From contig CAZBCP010000016.1 of the NCBI GenBank assembly GCA_964490505.1, positions 36,676 through 100,675 on the forward strand: a DNA stretch of 64,000 nucleotides, in the 5' to 3' direction. Of the stretch, positions 24,474-34,095 are shown one piece after another. This DNA is from an uncultured Ohtaekwangia sp. Its GTDB lineage: Bacteria; Bacteroidota; Bacteroidia; Cytophagales; Cyclobacteriaceae. Position numbers and translations under genes: made by a program. How positions within the stretch are numbered: the stretch's first letter is position 1; each line of letters starts with the position of its first letter. The notes beneath the pieces were generated by a model. The model made no database searches. It was not told the origin of the DNA and saw only the letters and a list, made by a program, of their open reading frames with translations.

Positions 24474-26261
24474 ATGAAAACGATCGTCACCCTGATCCTG
24501 CTCATCGCAGCGGCTCCATTATTCTCGCAAGACCTCAATCTCACCTTCCGCGGTTCCAACGAACACAAAGGAACTTCAACTGCCAAACCTCTCGAAAACG
24601 GAAAGGTGAAATGGAAGTTCCAAACCAACGGCGCCATCCGCGGAACCGCCGTTATCAAAGGTCAGACGATGTTCTTCGGCAGCGCCGATGGAAACCTTTA
24701 TGCCATTGATAAGACCAACGGTACGCTCACCTGGAAATTTCAAACCGACGGCGCCATCCCTTCCTGCCCGGCTATCGATCAAAACACCATCTATTTCGCA
24801 AGCCGCGACAACAACATCTACGCTCTGGACCTCAACAATGGAAAGCTGTTGTGGAAAGTGGGCACCGGCAAACTGCTTCCCCATAAATGGGGATGGGAAT
24901 ATTTTCTTGGATCGCCAACCGTTCACAAAGGAAAAGTGTATGTCGGCGCCGGCGACGGCATCTTATATTGTATCGATGGCACGAGCGGAAAGATCGCGTG
25001 GACACTCAAAACCAATGGAAGGATACGCGCGACGCCCGCCATCAAAAACGACATCCTGTTCATTACTTCCTTCGACGGCATTTGTTATGCCATCGATGCA
25101 ACCAGCGGAAGGGAAAAATGGAAGTTTGAAAGCGAAGGGCACTCGCTCGACTCCGATAAGTTTGGATGGGATCGCAACTCGATGGACTCAAGTCCTTCGT
25201 TGTCCGATTCTCTTCTCGTATTCGGGTCGCGCGACGGGAACGTATATACATTGAGTCAGAAGACCGGAAAGCTAAAATGGAAATTCTCATATGGACCAAC
25301 CTGGGCGATCGCATCTGCAGCAATCAGGGACAACACAGTTTACATTGGCTGGTCGGACAACAACACATTTTGTGCGTTGGATCTATCCACCGGCAAAGAG
25401 AAATGGAAATTCATTGCACGACATTACCTGTATTCGAGCCCGCTGTTAGCCGGCGATCGCATCTACGTGGGCTCACACGATCGGAATCTTTACTGCCTCG
25501 ATATAACCACAGGAAAAAAAGTCTGGCAACACAGGTTTCCAGGCAGCGTCCTCTCCTCCCCCATTATTGATAACAACACATTATACATAGGCAACGACGA
25601 CGGTGCGATGTATGCTTTTGTGAACAGCAACGCTGTCGTGCCAATGCGTGCTGTTTATGCAGCTGAGTATGGTGTCGATTTTCGCCTCGCTCCCTACTTG
25701 ATGACATACGGTTATGAATCTCTCGATACCGCTTCGTTAGCAACTTTCCTTAAAGCAAGGATCGAAGACAAAAAAGAGAGCGTTATCGTATTTGCTGCCG
25801 ATCGTGTACCTCTTCATGTTATCAAATCAACGAATAGTGTTTCGCTTCTCCGCCAGTATCTGAACGCCGGAGGAAAAGTAGTGTGGCCGGGAAACATACC
25901 CAACTTATATGTTATCGATAAAGATGGAAATGTTGCAGGTGAAGATCCCAGCATCGCCGAAAATCTTTTGGGCGTGAAATACGAGATCACTCACGACTGG
26001 GGATCATACAATTCGCGCGCAACCGACGAAGGGGAAAAATGGGGCTTGCCGGAATGGTGGATCGCCTCATTCTATATAAGTCCACAGCAAGGCGTCACCG
26101 CGTTGGCGAGGGACGAGTACGGTCGCTATTCGGCGTGGCATAAAAATTTCGGCGGCAACCCAACCTCAGGCTTCATACAATATAGAAGTTGGGAAGTAGG
26201 CCGCTCAGCCCGCGACAACGAGCTCGAAAATATCCGTCTCATTGCGGAATACGGGTTTTAG
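24474..26261 (+). CDS. PQQ-like beta-propeller repeat protein (BamB-like fold) with an extra C-terminal domain
   Basis: Repeated G.LYA.D..TGK..WKF units (GNLYAIDKTNGTLTWKFQTDG, NNIYALDLNNGKLLWKV, GILYCIDGTSGKIAWTL, ...). Signal peptide present. The last ~220 aa are non-repeat. Confidence 0.75.
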   Translation: MKTIVTLILLIAAAPLFSQDLNLTFRGSNEHKGTSTAKPLENGKVKWKFQTNGAIRGTAVIKGQTMFFGSADGNLYAIDKTNGTLTWKFQTDGAIPSCPAIDQNTIYFASRDNNIYALDLNNGKLLWKVGTGKLLPHKWGWEYFLGSPTVHKGKVYVGAGDGILYCIDGTSGKIAWTLKTNGRIRATPAIKNDILFITSFDGICYAIDATSGREKWKFESEGHSLDSDKFGWDRNSMDSSPSLSDSLLVFGSRDGNVYTLSQKTGKLKWKFSYGPTWAIASAAIRDNTVYIGWSDNNTFCALDLSTGKEKWKFIARHYLYSSPLLAGDRIYVGSHDRNLYCLDITTGKKVWQHRFPGSVLSSPIIDNNTLYIGNDDGAMYAFVNSNAVVPMRAVYAAEYGVDFRLAPYLMTYGYESLDTASLATFLKARIEDKKESVIVFAADRVPLHVIKSTNSVSLLRQYLNAGGKVVWPGNIPNLYVIDKDGNVAGEDPSIAENLLGVKYEITHDWGSYNSRATDEGEKWGLPEWWIASFYISPQQGVTALARDEYGRYSAWHKNFGGNPTSGFIQYRSWEVGRSARDNELENIRLIAEYGF

Positions 26262-26302
26262 ATGTCCTTCCCCTAGCTCCAACTTTTGTACCTTGCAGTA
26301 CT

Positions 26303-27877
26303 ATGCGGTGGTACGCTCTTTCCTGCATTCTACTGATCTCGGCCTGTGCCTTCTCACAAAGCGACCTGCCGTCTGATACCAGGCAGGTCGATCAGCTTAT
26401 CGAGCTCAGCGTCAAAGATCAGTGGGTAGATCCATACAGCTCCCTCGATTATGCCGACCAGGCGTTGGATCTCGCGCGACAGCTCAACTACAAGAAAGGC
26501 ATCGCGGCGGCGCAGAATATGCGCGGTTTCTGTTACTGGACATTCGGGGATAATGAGCTCGCGATCGAAGCAGCACTCGAAGCACTCGAAATCGCCCGCT
26601 CCGAAAATTACCCGTTGGTACAGGCCGAGAGCCACTACATCATGGCGAGAGGTTATATGGACCTTCGCGAAAACACTAAAGCACACGAATCGATCGTCAA
26701 AGCCGAGACATTGGCAATACAAGGCAACGACTGGACGCAGCTCTGCAGTATCTACAACTTAAGAGGTGTGCTCTATTATGGCGACGATAAATTCGACAGC
26801 GCACTTTATTTCTATAACAAAGCCTATGAGATCGGTAAGAGCAAACCGGTCGACCCGATCAACCTGCCGCGGATCATTTCAAACATCGGCGAATGTTACA
26901 AGAATGAAAACCCTGCACTGGCATTCAAGTATTTCGACGAAGCCCTGGCACAGGCGAAAAAGACTAACAATAAGATCGCCGAAGCCTCGATCACATCCAT
27001 CATTGGTCACGCGCACGTCGATCAGAAAGATCTTAAGAATGGCGAAGCCGATTTGCAAAGAGCACTCGAACTCGCAAGAGGTCTCGGCCTCCGACGTGTT
27101 ATCCGCCACGCGTATGCAGGACTCGTCGATATTCGGTTGATGCAAAACAAAGGGAACGAAGCGGTTGTTTACCTCAGACGATATTATGCCGTTCGCGATA
27201 GCTTGCTGAACACGTCTAAGATCAGGCAGATCGTTGAGCTTGAAAACAAACACGAGATCCAGCTTCGGGAGAAAAACATTCAGTTACTCGAAAATGAAAA
27301 ACGCCTGCAATCCATCTGGACGAACCTGCTGATCGGTTTAATAATTCTGGTCATCATCGCATCAATCGCGGTTATCCAATGGCAGCGATATCGCTATCGC
27401 AAGAACCGCGAGATGCTGAATCTCGAGATCGACTACCTCACACAACAACACAAGGAGGCCGTCGATAAATACAAAACGTTTCAATTACCAGACACCGGCG
27501 ATAACACTGCATCGTACGACCAGCGGTTGCTTTCGCAAGCTATCGCGATCGTCGAAGCACACATTGGCGACTCGCAGCTGAGTGTTGAAAAGATGGCCGA
27601 AGAGATGAACATGAGCCGGACCAGTCTGCACCGTAAGATAAAATCCATTACCGGCTTTCCGCCCAGCGAACTCATCCGCAGTATTCGCCTTCGAAAGGCC
27701 GCCCGGCTTATCGCCAACCGTGCCGACTCCGCCACACAGATCGCCCTCTCCGTTGGCTTCGAAGACTACTCACATTTTTCCAAGGCGTTCAAAAAGCACT
27801 TCGGGGTTTCACCTTCCGAATACGGCACCTTGCCAGCCGGCAGGCAGGTCTCAGCCGAAGCGCCCGCTAGTGTTTAG
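26303..27877 (+). CDS. TPR-repeat / single-TM / AraC-HTH hybrid regulator
   Basis: Start at MRWYALSCILLISACAFSQ. It has TPR-like repeats, a TM segment (LLIGLIILVIIASIAVI) and a C-terminal AraC HTH (MAEEMNMSRTSLHRKIKSITGFPPSELIRSIRL...FSKAFKKHFGVSPSEY). The last 16 codons run through palindromic element copy 3. Confidence 0.75.
   Translation: MRWYALSCILLISACAFSQSDLPSDTRQVDQLIELSVKDQWVDPYSSLDYADQALDLARQLNYKKGIAAAQNMRGFCYWTFGDNELAIEAALEALEIARSENYPLVQAESHYIMARGYMDLRENTKAHESIVKAETLAIQGNDWTQLCSIYNLRGVLYYGDDKFDSALYFYNKAYEIGKSKPVDPINLPRIISNIGECYKNENPALAFKYFDEALAQAKKTNNKIAEASITSIIGHAHVDQKDLKNGEADLQRALELARGLGLRRVIRHAYAGLVDIRLMQNKGNEAVVYLRRYYAVRDSLLNTSKIRQIVELENKHEIQLREKNIQLLENEKRLQSIWTNLLIGLIILVIIASIAVIQWQRYRYRKNREMLNLEIDYLTQQHKEAVDKYKTFQLPDTGDNTASYDQRLLSQAIAIVEAHIGDSQLSVEKMAEEMNMSRTSLHRKIKSITGFPPSELIRSIRLRKAARLIANRADSATQIALSVGFEDYSHFSKAFKKHFGVSPSEYGTLPAGRQVSAEAPASV
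27828..27852 (+). repeat. Palindromic element copy 3, inside the 3' end of a CDS
   Basis: CCTTGCCAGCCGGCAGGCAGGTCTC, with the 12-mer at 27837-27848. It is translated as LPAGRQVS. Confidence 0.7.
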
Positions 27878-28009
27878 GTCTCAAAAACTGGTCTAGCCGT
27901 TCAAAAGTCCCTTTTTGTCATCAAAATGGCAGAAACTGCCAACCCCTTCCCTTACCCTCCCGGGTACCTTTGCCGTTCTCATTCAAAAAAAATTAAAAAC
28001 ACTCACCCC

Positions 28010-28153
28010 ATGAAACTGGTAACAAGATCGCACCGGGTACTGGCAGTGCTGATGGGCATTGCGGTATTGGCGATCCTCATCTTTCAAATATTGAAAGATG
28101 GACAGCGGCTCGAATTCAAATCATTAAACAAAATAGAATCAATTAAAAAATGA
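28010..28153 (+). CDS. Possible small single-TM protein, translationally coupled to the methyltransferase
   Basis: MKLVTRSHRVLAVLMGIAVLAILIFQILKDG... (47 aa). Its stop overlaps the next ATG (ATGA at 28150-28153). No homology evidence. Confidence 0.3.
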   Translation: MKLVTRSHRVLAVLMGIAVLAILIFQILKDGQRLEFKSLNKIESIKK

Positions 28154-28977
28154 CAGCAAACATGAATCCTAACAAGGCCCTTTGGGAAAAGGGTGACTTT
28201 ACCCGTCTCGCGGCGGGAATGCGTGAAAGTGGTGAAGCGTTGATCGAACAACTTGGCATTACAAAGGAGATGCGAATTCTCGATCTCGGTTGCGGCGATG
28301 GAACTACTGCGATCCCTGCAGCAAAGCTCGGCGCTAATGTATTAGGTGTTGACATCGCACGTAATCTGGTGGAGGCAGGCAATCTCCGCGCAAAGCAAAT
28401 GGGTCTTAACAATATTAAGTTCCAGGAAGGCGATGCTTGCGATCTGATGGAATTGAAGAGCGGGTACTTCGACCAGGTTGTAAGTATTTTCGGGGCGATG
28501 TTTGCGCCGCGTCCTGTTGATGTTGCGAAGGAGATGGTGCGTGTAACGAAATACGGCGGAAAGATCACGATGGGTAATTGGATCCCTGGCGATCCAACAC
28601 TGGTTGCACAGATCCTGAAGATCAGCTCTCAATATACGCCGGCTCCGCCCGCTGGGTTCATCAGCCCGATGCTTTGGGGTGTTGAAAGTGAAGTGACTCA
28701 ACGTTTTGAGATGGCGGGAATCCCCGCGAAGAGGCTGTCGTTCAGCCGCGACAAATACATTTTCAATTTCCCGATCTCTCCGAAAGAGCTGGTGAATACA
28801 TTCAAGACATTCTATGGCCCCACTATGAATGCATTCGAAGCTGCTTCGAAAGAAGGAAAGGCAGAACAACTGCAGCGCGAACTCGAAGATCTTTTCGAAA
28901 GTCAGAACACGAGCTCGACGCCGGGACATTCATTGATCCCCGCGACGTTCCTGCGGGTGACGGCAATTAAGATGTAA
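28150..28977 (+). CDS. Class I SAM-dependent methyltransferase
   Basis: Motif I ILDLGCGDGTTAIPAAKLGANVLGVDI and the post-I acidic residue; 275 aa. Confidence 0.85.
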   Translation: MTANMNPNKALWEKGDFTRLAAGMRESGEALIEQLGITKEMRILDLGCGDGTTAIPAAKLGANVLGVDIARNLVEAGNLRAKQMGLNNIKFQEGDACDLMELKSGYFDQVVSIFGAMFAPRPVDVAKEMVRVTKYGGKITMGNWIPGDPTLVAQILKISSQYTPAPPAGFISPMLWGVESEVTQRFEMAGIPAKRLSFSRDKYIFNFPISPKELVNTFKTFYGPTMNAFEAASKEGKAEQLQRELEDLFESQNTSSTPGHSLIPATFLRVTAIKM

Positions 28978-29022
28978 GATTTAAGATTTGAGATCTGTGA
29001 TTTAAGATTTAAGATTTAAGAT
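28967..29022. repeat. Heptanucleotide tandem repeat (TTAAGAT)n, 8 units
   Basis: ttaagat gtaagat ttaagat ttgagat ctgtgat ttaagat ttaagat ttaagat. It begins 8 nt before the methyltransferase stop and runs into the intergenic region upstream of the MFS gene. Confidence 0.85.
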
Positions 29023-29104
29023 TTGGGTTTGGATAAGACCGCTGTGACTTTTGTCCGGCGGTTTTTTTATTTTCTCGATCGAAAGTGGTTTCTTTCCTTT
29101 TCTT

Positions 29105-30292
29105 ATGAAAATGTCACAAGCCGAGTTCATTGCATTGTCGGCGTGCACGATGACCTTAACTGCCCTCGGGATCGACATCATGCTTCCCGCGTTCGCCGAA
29201 GTCCGGGAACATTTCAACCTCGACCCCAACTCAACCACCACCGCGCAGATCATCTCGTTCTTTTTTATGGGCCAGGTCGCACAGCTTATCTTCGGAACAC
29301 TTTCCGACCGCTTCGGACGCATCGCCATCCTACGCATCGGCTTCCCACTCTATATTATAGGTGGACTCGCTGCTGCATTTGCTCCCACAATCTCCCTTAT
29401 GTTGGCCGCCAGGTTTGTCGCAGGCATGGGCGCATCAGCCGTTTTTATGACAACCATTGCCGGCGTCCGCGATCGTTTCGTTGGCGATAAGATGGCTCGA
29501 ATCATGTCGCTGGTGTTAACGATCTTCTTGTTTACTCCCGTGCTCGCTCCCTTCATGGGCATCGGAATACTCGCGTTTGCCTCGTGGAAGATGGTGTTTT
29601 TAACGCCACCGATCTTTGGAATGATCGTCTTCGTGTGGTCTTTGAGAATGGAAGAATCTCTTCCGCCCGAAAAACGGATCGTTCTCGACTGGAAAACAGT
29701 TAAGGGATCGGTCGGCCAGGTTGTTGGCAACAAGGTGTTTCTCCGGTATGTCGTAATTACAACTACTCTCTTTTCGGGGTTGAGCTCATACGTTGCGAGC
29801 TCAGAGCATATAGTTGGAGAGATCTACGGAAGGCCGGAGCTATTTGTTTGGATCTTCTCGGGCGCCGGGATCCTGTTGTCGCTGTGTACTTTACTGAACT
29901 CCCGCCTTAGTTCGAAATTCGGAGCTCGAAAAACTATAAAGGGGCTTTTGCTGATCTATTTGGTTATCGCAACATTCTTATTCATTTCAACACTTGTTGT
30001 CGGACATCCTTCTCTCGAATTATTTTTTATTCCCGTGGTGATGATGCTGGCGTTGAATCTTGCCGTTGAACCTAACAGCAGTGCGTTAGCCCTCGAGCCG
30101 TTGGGAAACGTCGCGGGCATCGCATCGTCGTTTTATGGAACGTTCTTTTTCTTCATCGGATCGGTCGTCGGGTCGGTGATCAGCAGTCTCTCTTCAACGA
30201 GCGTGGTGCCACTTGTTGTGAGCTTTTTTGTGATAGGCATAATTACCGTACTGCTCGTTTTTGGCGATCGCAGGCCGACTGCCGTCATTTAA
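29105..30292 (+). CDS. MFS transporter (Bcr/CflA-like drug:H+ antiporter subfamily)
   Basis: Start at MKMSQAEFIALSACTMTLTALGIDIMLPAF. GTLSDRFGRIAILRIG is the MFS motif A. About 12 TM segments. Confidence 0.8.
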   Translation: MKMSQAEFIALSACTMTLTALGIDIMLPAFAEVREHFNLDPNSTTTAQIISFFFMGQVAQLIFGTLSDRFGRIAILRIGFPLYIIGGLAAAFAPTISLMLAARFVAGMGASAVFMTTIAGVRDRFVGDKMARIMSLVLTIFLFTPVLAPFMGIGILAFASWKMVFLTPPIFGMIVFVWSLRMEESLPPEKRIVLDWKTVKGSVGQVVGNKVFLRYVVITTTLFSGLSSYVASSEHIVGEIYGRPELFVWIFSGAGILLSLCTLLNSRLSSKFGARKTIKGLLLIYLVIATFLFISTLVVGHPSLELFFIPVVMMLALNLAVEPNSSALALEPLGNVAGIASSFYGTFFFFIGSVVGSVISSLSSTSVVPLVVSFFVIGIITVLLVFGDRRPTAVI

Positions 30293-32867
30293 ACGCCGTC
30301 GACCACGTCAGGCTAACGTAATAAAATCCGCCAACGGCCGGGCCACCGATGAACGAATAATAGTAATTGTTCAAAAGATTGGTGGCTCCCACTTTTGCAG
30401 TGATAGCATCTTTTAAGATACCGGCACTCAGTTGCATATCCAGTGTTGAGTAACCAGATACAGTGCCCGTTGCAAGAGCCGACTGCCATAAAAACTCCGA
30501 CTGCTGACGATAGTTGATATTGAAACCAAACGTTTTATAGATCGTCGGACTTCCTATCGAGAGGTTGCAGATCCACCGCGGTGTATTGAAACCATCTTCC
30601 AATCCATCGCCCTGCTCGCGACGGCCCAACCGTGCGTACGTATAATTTCCTCCCACTTTAAGCTTGCCCGGCAGTTCGTAAGTAATTCCGGCCGTCGCCC
30701 CGTAGTTGTGACTGATCGTCTTCGAGTTGGTCCACAGTCGATACAAGTCCTGCTTCGAATTCTGCTGCAGGTAAAAGGGAATACTGTCCTGCAGGGTTGT
30801 CTTCGGTACGTTAGCATCGATCTGTGCTATCAGGTTGCGATAGATATTATAGTATAGATCAACGTCGAAGTTCAACTTGCCGTCGAGAAGGCTCGCACGA
30901 TACCCGGCTTCGAAGCTCGTCACCTGTTCTGGCTGCAAATAGGTATACGGGTTCTTCTTCAAAAGCTCCTGTTCCGCCACGATCGCATCGCTCGTGGTCA
31001 TCCCATTATTGTTAACATCGTTCTGAACGGCACGCTGAAATGCAGTGATCGAGCTTTGAGTGTAGCTGTTTTCAAATACACCGTCCGACATCACCGGGAG
31101 GCCACCGACGCGCTTTCTTCCACCACTATTAATATTTGAGAATGCTTCGAAGATGCTCGGAAAACGATATCCGTTCTGCACCGAAAAACGAATAGTGTGA
31201 GTCGGCGCCGGTGTAAACACAACCGCCAATCTCGGATTCACTTTAGGATTGTAATACTGGTTCTTCTCCACCCTAAAAACCGCATTTATCTTGATCTTAT
31301 CGTTCAGCAGGAGTTTGGTCGCTTGCACGAAGCCGCCAGCCTTCCAATAAACCAGGTTGTCGCCCGACGTCTCCGGGTTAACAAAATAATTTCCATCCGG
31401 CACGATCACATAATTCCTGTAGTCAACCCCGTACATCAGCCTGAGCTTCGACGCATCATTAAATAATAAACTGGTGACGTCGTGCTGAAACTCCGAGTGA
31501 ATGAGATCTGCTTTTACTCTCAGGGCCGCGCCGTAGTCCCAATTGTTGATGTCCCGAAGCTCGCTGATCTTGTCCTTCATTTGTTGAGTTCCGGGTTGGA
31601 TCCGGCCATTGTCTGCAAAGATCCGTGCGGCCTGCATCGCATCGGCTACCGAAACTCCATTTGAAACACTGGTGTTGAACTGGCTGCTGAAATCTGAGAA
31701 CCAAACATCATCGGACTTAAAGCTGCGATCAACATTCTCTGCCATCGATCTTATATTATACGAATCGCCCGTATTCTCTTGCGTAACATAAGCCTTGAAC
31801 TGGATGGTCGAAGATCTCAATGTGAACACATGTTGCTGCGTTGTGTAGTCATCGAACCGAAAGCGATTTGTACGCTGATAGATGTTATTCTGATGAGCGC
31901 CGCGCCATGTATAAGATAGTGTAAGCCTGCCACCCGGCTTATAGAAAAGTGACACGTCTCCTTTTAGATTCTTTAAACCATAATCCGTGACCTCTTTCTC
32001 GGCATAACCGGTCCTGCTTACTACATATTGCTTCCCACCCATCGTCATCGTCCTGCGATTACTCGATTCATCACCATATTGATTAACGACATCCGCACCG
32101 GGGTTGAGCGTGCCGGTAAGGCCGGTAGATGTATTCGCGGAAGGATTAAGATCGAGCCGATTGTTTGCGTACCAGTCGGTCCCATTCATGAACGTTCCGT
32201 TGATCTTGAACGCCCATTTATCATTGAATGCTTTCGCGATCCTTAGATTAGTCTCGTTAAATAAAGTCGCATCGGAGTCCGACGATCCTACATTATTGAC
32301 TCCCACTTTTTGATTGATACTGATACCTTGATGCTGGAACGGATCTTTTGTTATGAAATTAGCAGTACCATTGATCGCATTCATTCCATACATTGCCGAC
32401 GCCGACCCAGGTATTAACTCAACATTCAGGATATCGAGATCATTCGGGCCTAACGAATTGGCGATGGGCGCACCGATGTGCGGTGCCTGGTTATCGACAC
32501 CATCCACCATCTGAACAAACCGAACGTTGGTAGTATGTGCAAAACCTCTTGCATTGATCACCTTAAATCCGAGACTGGGTGTGATCACCTGAACACCCTT
32601 GAAATTCCCGATCGCATCGAAGAAACTGGGCTGTGCCGATTGTCGGATCGTCTGTAGATTCATCCGCTCGATGCTTACCGGCGCCTGCAGGATCAATTCC
32701 TCACGTCGCGTTGCCGTCACCACCAGCTCATCAAGGACCTTCGTTTTTAATGAATCAGCTTCCTGGGCTATCGCTGAAATGGACTGCAATAGGAAAAGGA
32801 AGAGCAGAGATATTTTCACATAAGGAAGTTCGCAATAAAATCCAGAATCAAGATACCCTCCGCTCAC
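30285..32867 (-). CDS. TonB-dependent receptor
   Basis: Signal peptide, then the Plug (LDELVVTATRREE...) and a C-terminal barrel ending YYVSLTWSTAFK. The true start is probably the GTG at 32819 (VKISLLFLFLLQSISAIAQE). Confidence 0.85.
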   Translation of the reverse strand: MSGGYLDSGFYCELPYVKISLLFLFLLQSISAIAQEADSLKTKVLDELVVTATRREELILQAPVSIERMNLQTIRQSAQPSFFDAIGNFKGVQVITPSLGFKVINARGFAHTTNVRFVQMVDGVDNQAPHIGAPIANSLGPNDLDILNVELIPGSASAMYGMNAINGTANFITKDPFQHQGISINQKVGVNNVGSSDSDATLFNETNLRIAKAFNDKWAFKINGTFMNGTDWYANNRLDLNPSANTSTGLTGTLNPGADVVNQYGDESSNRRTMTMGGKQYVVSRTGYAEKEVTDYGLKNLKGDVSLFYKPGGRLTLSYTWRGAHQNNIYQRTNRFRFDDYTTQQHVFTLRSSTIQFKAYVTQENTGDSYNIRSMAENVDRSFKSDDVWFSDFSSQFNTSVSNGVSVADAMQAARIFADNGRIQPGTQQMKDKISELRDINNWDYGAALRVKADLIHSEFQHDVTSLLFNDASKLRLMYGVDYRNYVIVPDGNYFVNPETSGDNLVYWKAGGFVQATKLLLNDKIKINAVFRVEKNQYYNPKVNPRLAVVFTPAPTHTIRFSVQNGYRFPSIFEAFSNINSGGRKRVGGLPVMSDGVFENSYTQSSITAFQRAVQNDVNNNGMTTSDAIVAEQELLKKNPYTYLQPEQVTSFEAGYRASLLDGKLNFDVDLYYNIYRNLIAQIDANVPKTTLQDSIPFYLQQNSKQDLYRLWTNSKTISHNYGATAGITYELPGKLKVGGNYTYARLGRREQGDGLEDGFNTPRWICNLSIGSPTIYKTFGFNINYRQQSEFLWQSALATGTVSGYSTLDMQLSAGILKDAITAKVGATNLLNNYYYSFIGGPAVGGFYYVSLTWSTAFK

Positions 32868-33158
32868 ACAACGGCATTACCCGCACAAACGGCTTTTAAT
32901 GCGAGACAAACTGCGCTTCCTGGATAGAGAAGTCTGTGAACCCTTAGCACCGGGTCGGTCGAGATCCGTATCGCCGTCACTACCCAAAAACTTGCGAGGA
33001 AAAAGGACGAAAAGCTCGGCGCCGATGTACTGGAGATACCGTAGCCGTGTGGAAAACTTCGCCACTTTCTGTGTAATTGAAGACAAGGCGATCCGCATAA
33101 CGATTTCGATTGACCACAAAATTCTTCTGGCACAATAATAGCATCGGCGTTTGTCGAT

Positions 33159-33638
33159 ATGAAAACCAATTACATTCTCGTCATTCTCGCCGGCTTAACC
33201 GTAACGATATCACAAAGCTTCGCTCAAAGCCTCGCCGTTAGCGACGAAGAGCTCATGAAATATGCAATAGCCATCGACTCTGTCAACGAAATGTCGGCTT
33301 CGGTACGACTGGAGCTTGCCGACATGGTGAAGCAGGGTAACGTCATGAACGCCAACCGTTACAACGACCTCAACAAGATCATCAGCGACGACGCCAAACT
33401 TGCTGAAGCCAACGCCACTCCCGAAGAGATAGCTTTCGTAAAATCGGTAGTCGCGAAAAAAGAGGAAGAGATGAGTCGCATCAACAGTACATACCAAACC
33501 CTGGCAAAGGAATACGTCACTCCATCGGTATTCAACAAAGTAAAGAAGGCCCTGAATACCGATCCAAACCTGAAGAGACGCTACGACTCCTTGATGATCG
33601 AACTTGGCAAGGACGACCCGTCTGCCGATCAGGAATAA
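33159..33638 (+). CDS. Secreted helical protein (DUF4168-like, tentative)
   Basis: Signal peptide MKTNYILVILAGLTVTISQSFAQ. Helical, with repeated ...EE..KYA/FV... segments. Confidence 0.45.
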   Translation: MKTNYILVILAGLTVTISQSFAQSLAVSDEELMKYAIAIDSVNEMSASVRLELADMVKQGNVMNANRYNDLNKIISDDAKLAEANATPEEIAFVKSVVAKKEEEMSRINSTYQTLAKEYVTPSVFNKVKKALNTDPNLKRRYDSLMIELGKDDPSADQE

Positions 33639-33691
33639 GATAGAGTCTGCCAGTCAGGGGAATTTCGTAAACTTGCCTAACAGCCAGGTTT

Positions 33692-34090
33692 ATGAAGATC
33701 AGCGCTACCATCTCCAACTCACTCAATCAGAACAACATCACCGTCGTTACCAACGATCAATCAAAGTCAATTTCAATTGCTTCGAAGCCGAGCGGCTTCG
33801 GCTCATCCGTGAATGGCGGCGAGATGTTGATGCTTTCGTTAGCCGTTTGCTACTGTAACGACATCTATCGGGAAGCCGAAAAGAAAAATATCGAGATAAC
33901 AAGCGTGGAAGTGGAGGTTAGTGCAAACTTCAGCCGCGATGGCGAGCCCGGGTTTAACTTTCAATACACACCAAAGATCGTGTCCCCGGCTCCGGCCGAT
34001 CGGATCCGTCAACTCATCGAGCACACCGATAGTATCGCCGAGATCCACAAAACTCTTCGGCAGGGCGTCGAAATAAAATTGGTCCGGTAA
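33692..34090 (+). CDS. OsmC/Ohr-family protein
   Basis: GGEMLMLSLAVCYCNDIYREA and C-terminal ...IAEIHKTLRQG blocks; 132 aa. Confidence 0.65.
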   Translation: MKISATISNSLNQNNITVVTNDQSKSISIASKPSGFGSSVNGGEMLMLSLAVCYCNDIYREAEKKNIEITSVEVEVSANFSRDGEPGFNFQYTPKIVSPAPADRIRQLIEHTDSIAEIHKTLRQGVEIKLVR

Positions 34091-34095
34091 TTACC

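Noticed and set aside
28967-29022. Possible CRISPR array (also considered for 56047-56099 and the twin repeats at 6668-6757).
   Set aside because: The repeat units are 7-8 nt with no spacers, or only two copies in the case of 6668-6757. No 24-48-nt repeats alternating with unique spacers occur anywhere in the window, and there are no cas genes.
32868-33158. 290-nt leader upstream of the TonB-dependent receptor 30285-32867; checked as a possible cobalamin or TPP riboswitch.
   Set aside because: I reverse-complemented it and looked for the B12 box (..AGYCMGG.AGACCTGCC../GCCACTG) and the TPP CTGAGA...ACCTGATCTGGATAATGCCAGCG core. Neither is present. Only generic hairpins were seen. An Infernal/Rfam scan would be the decisive test.
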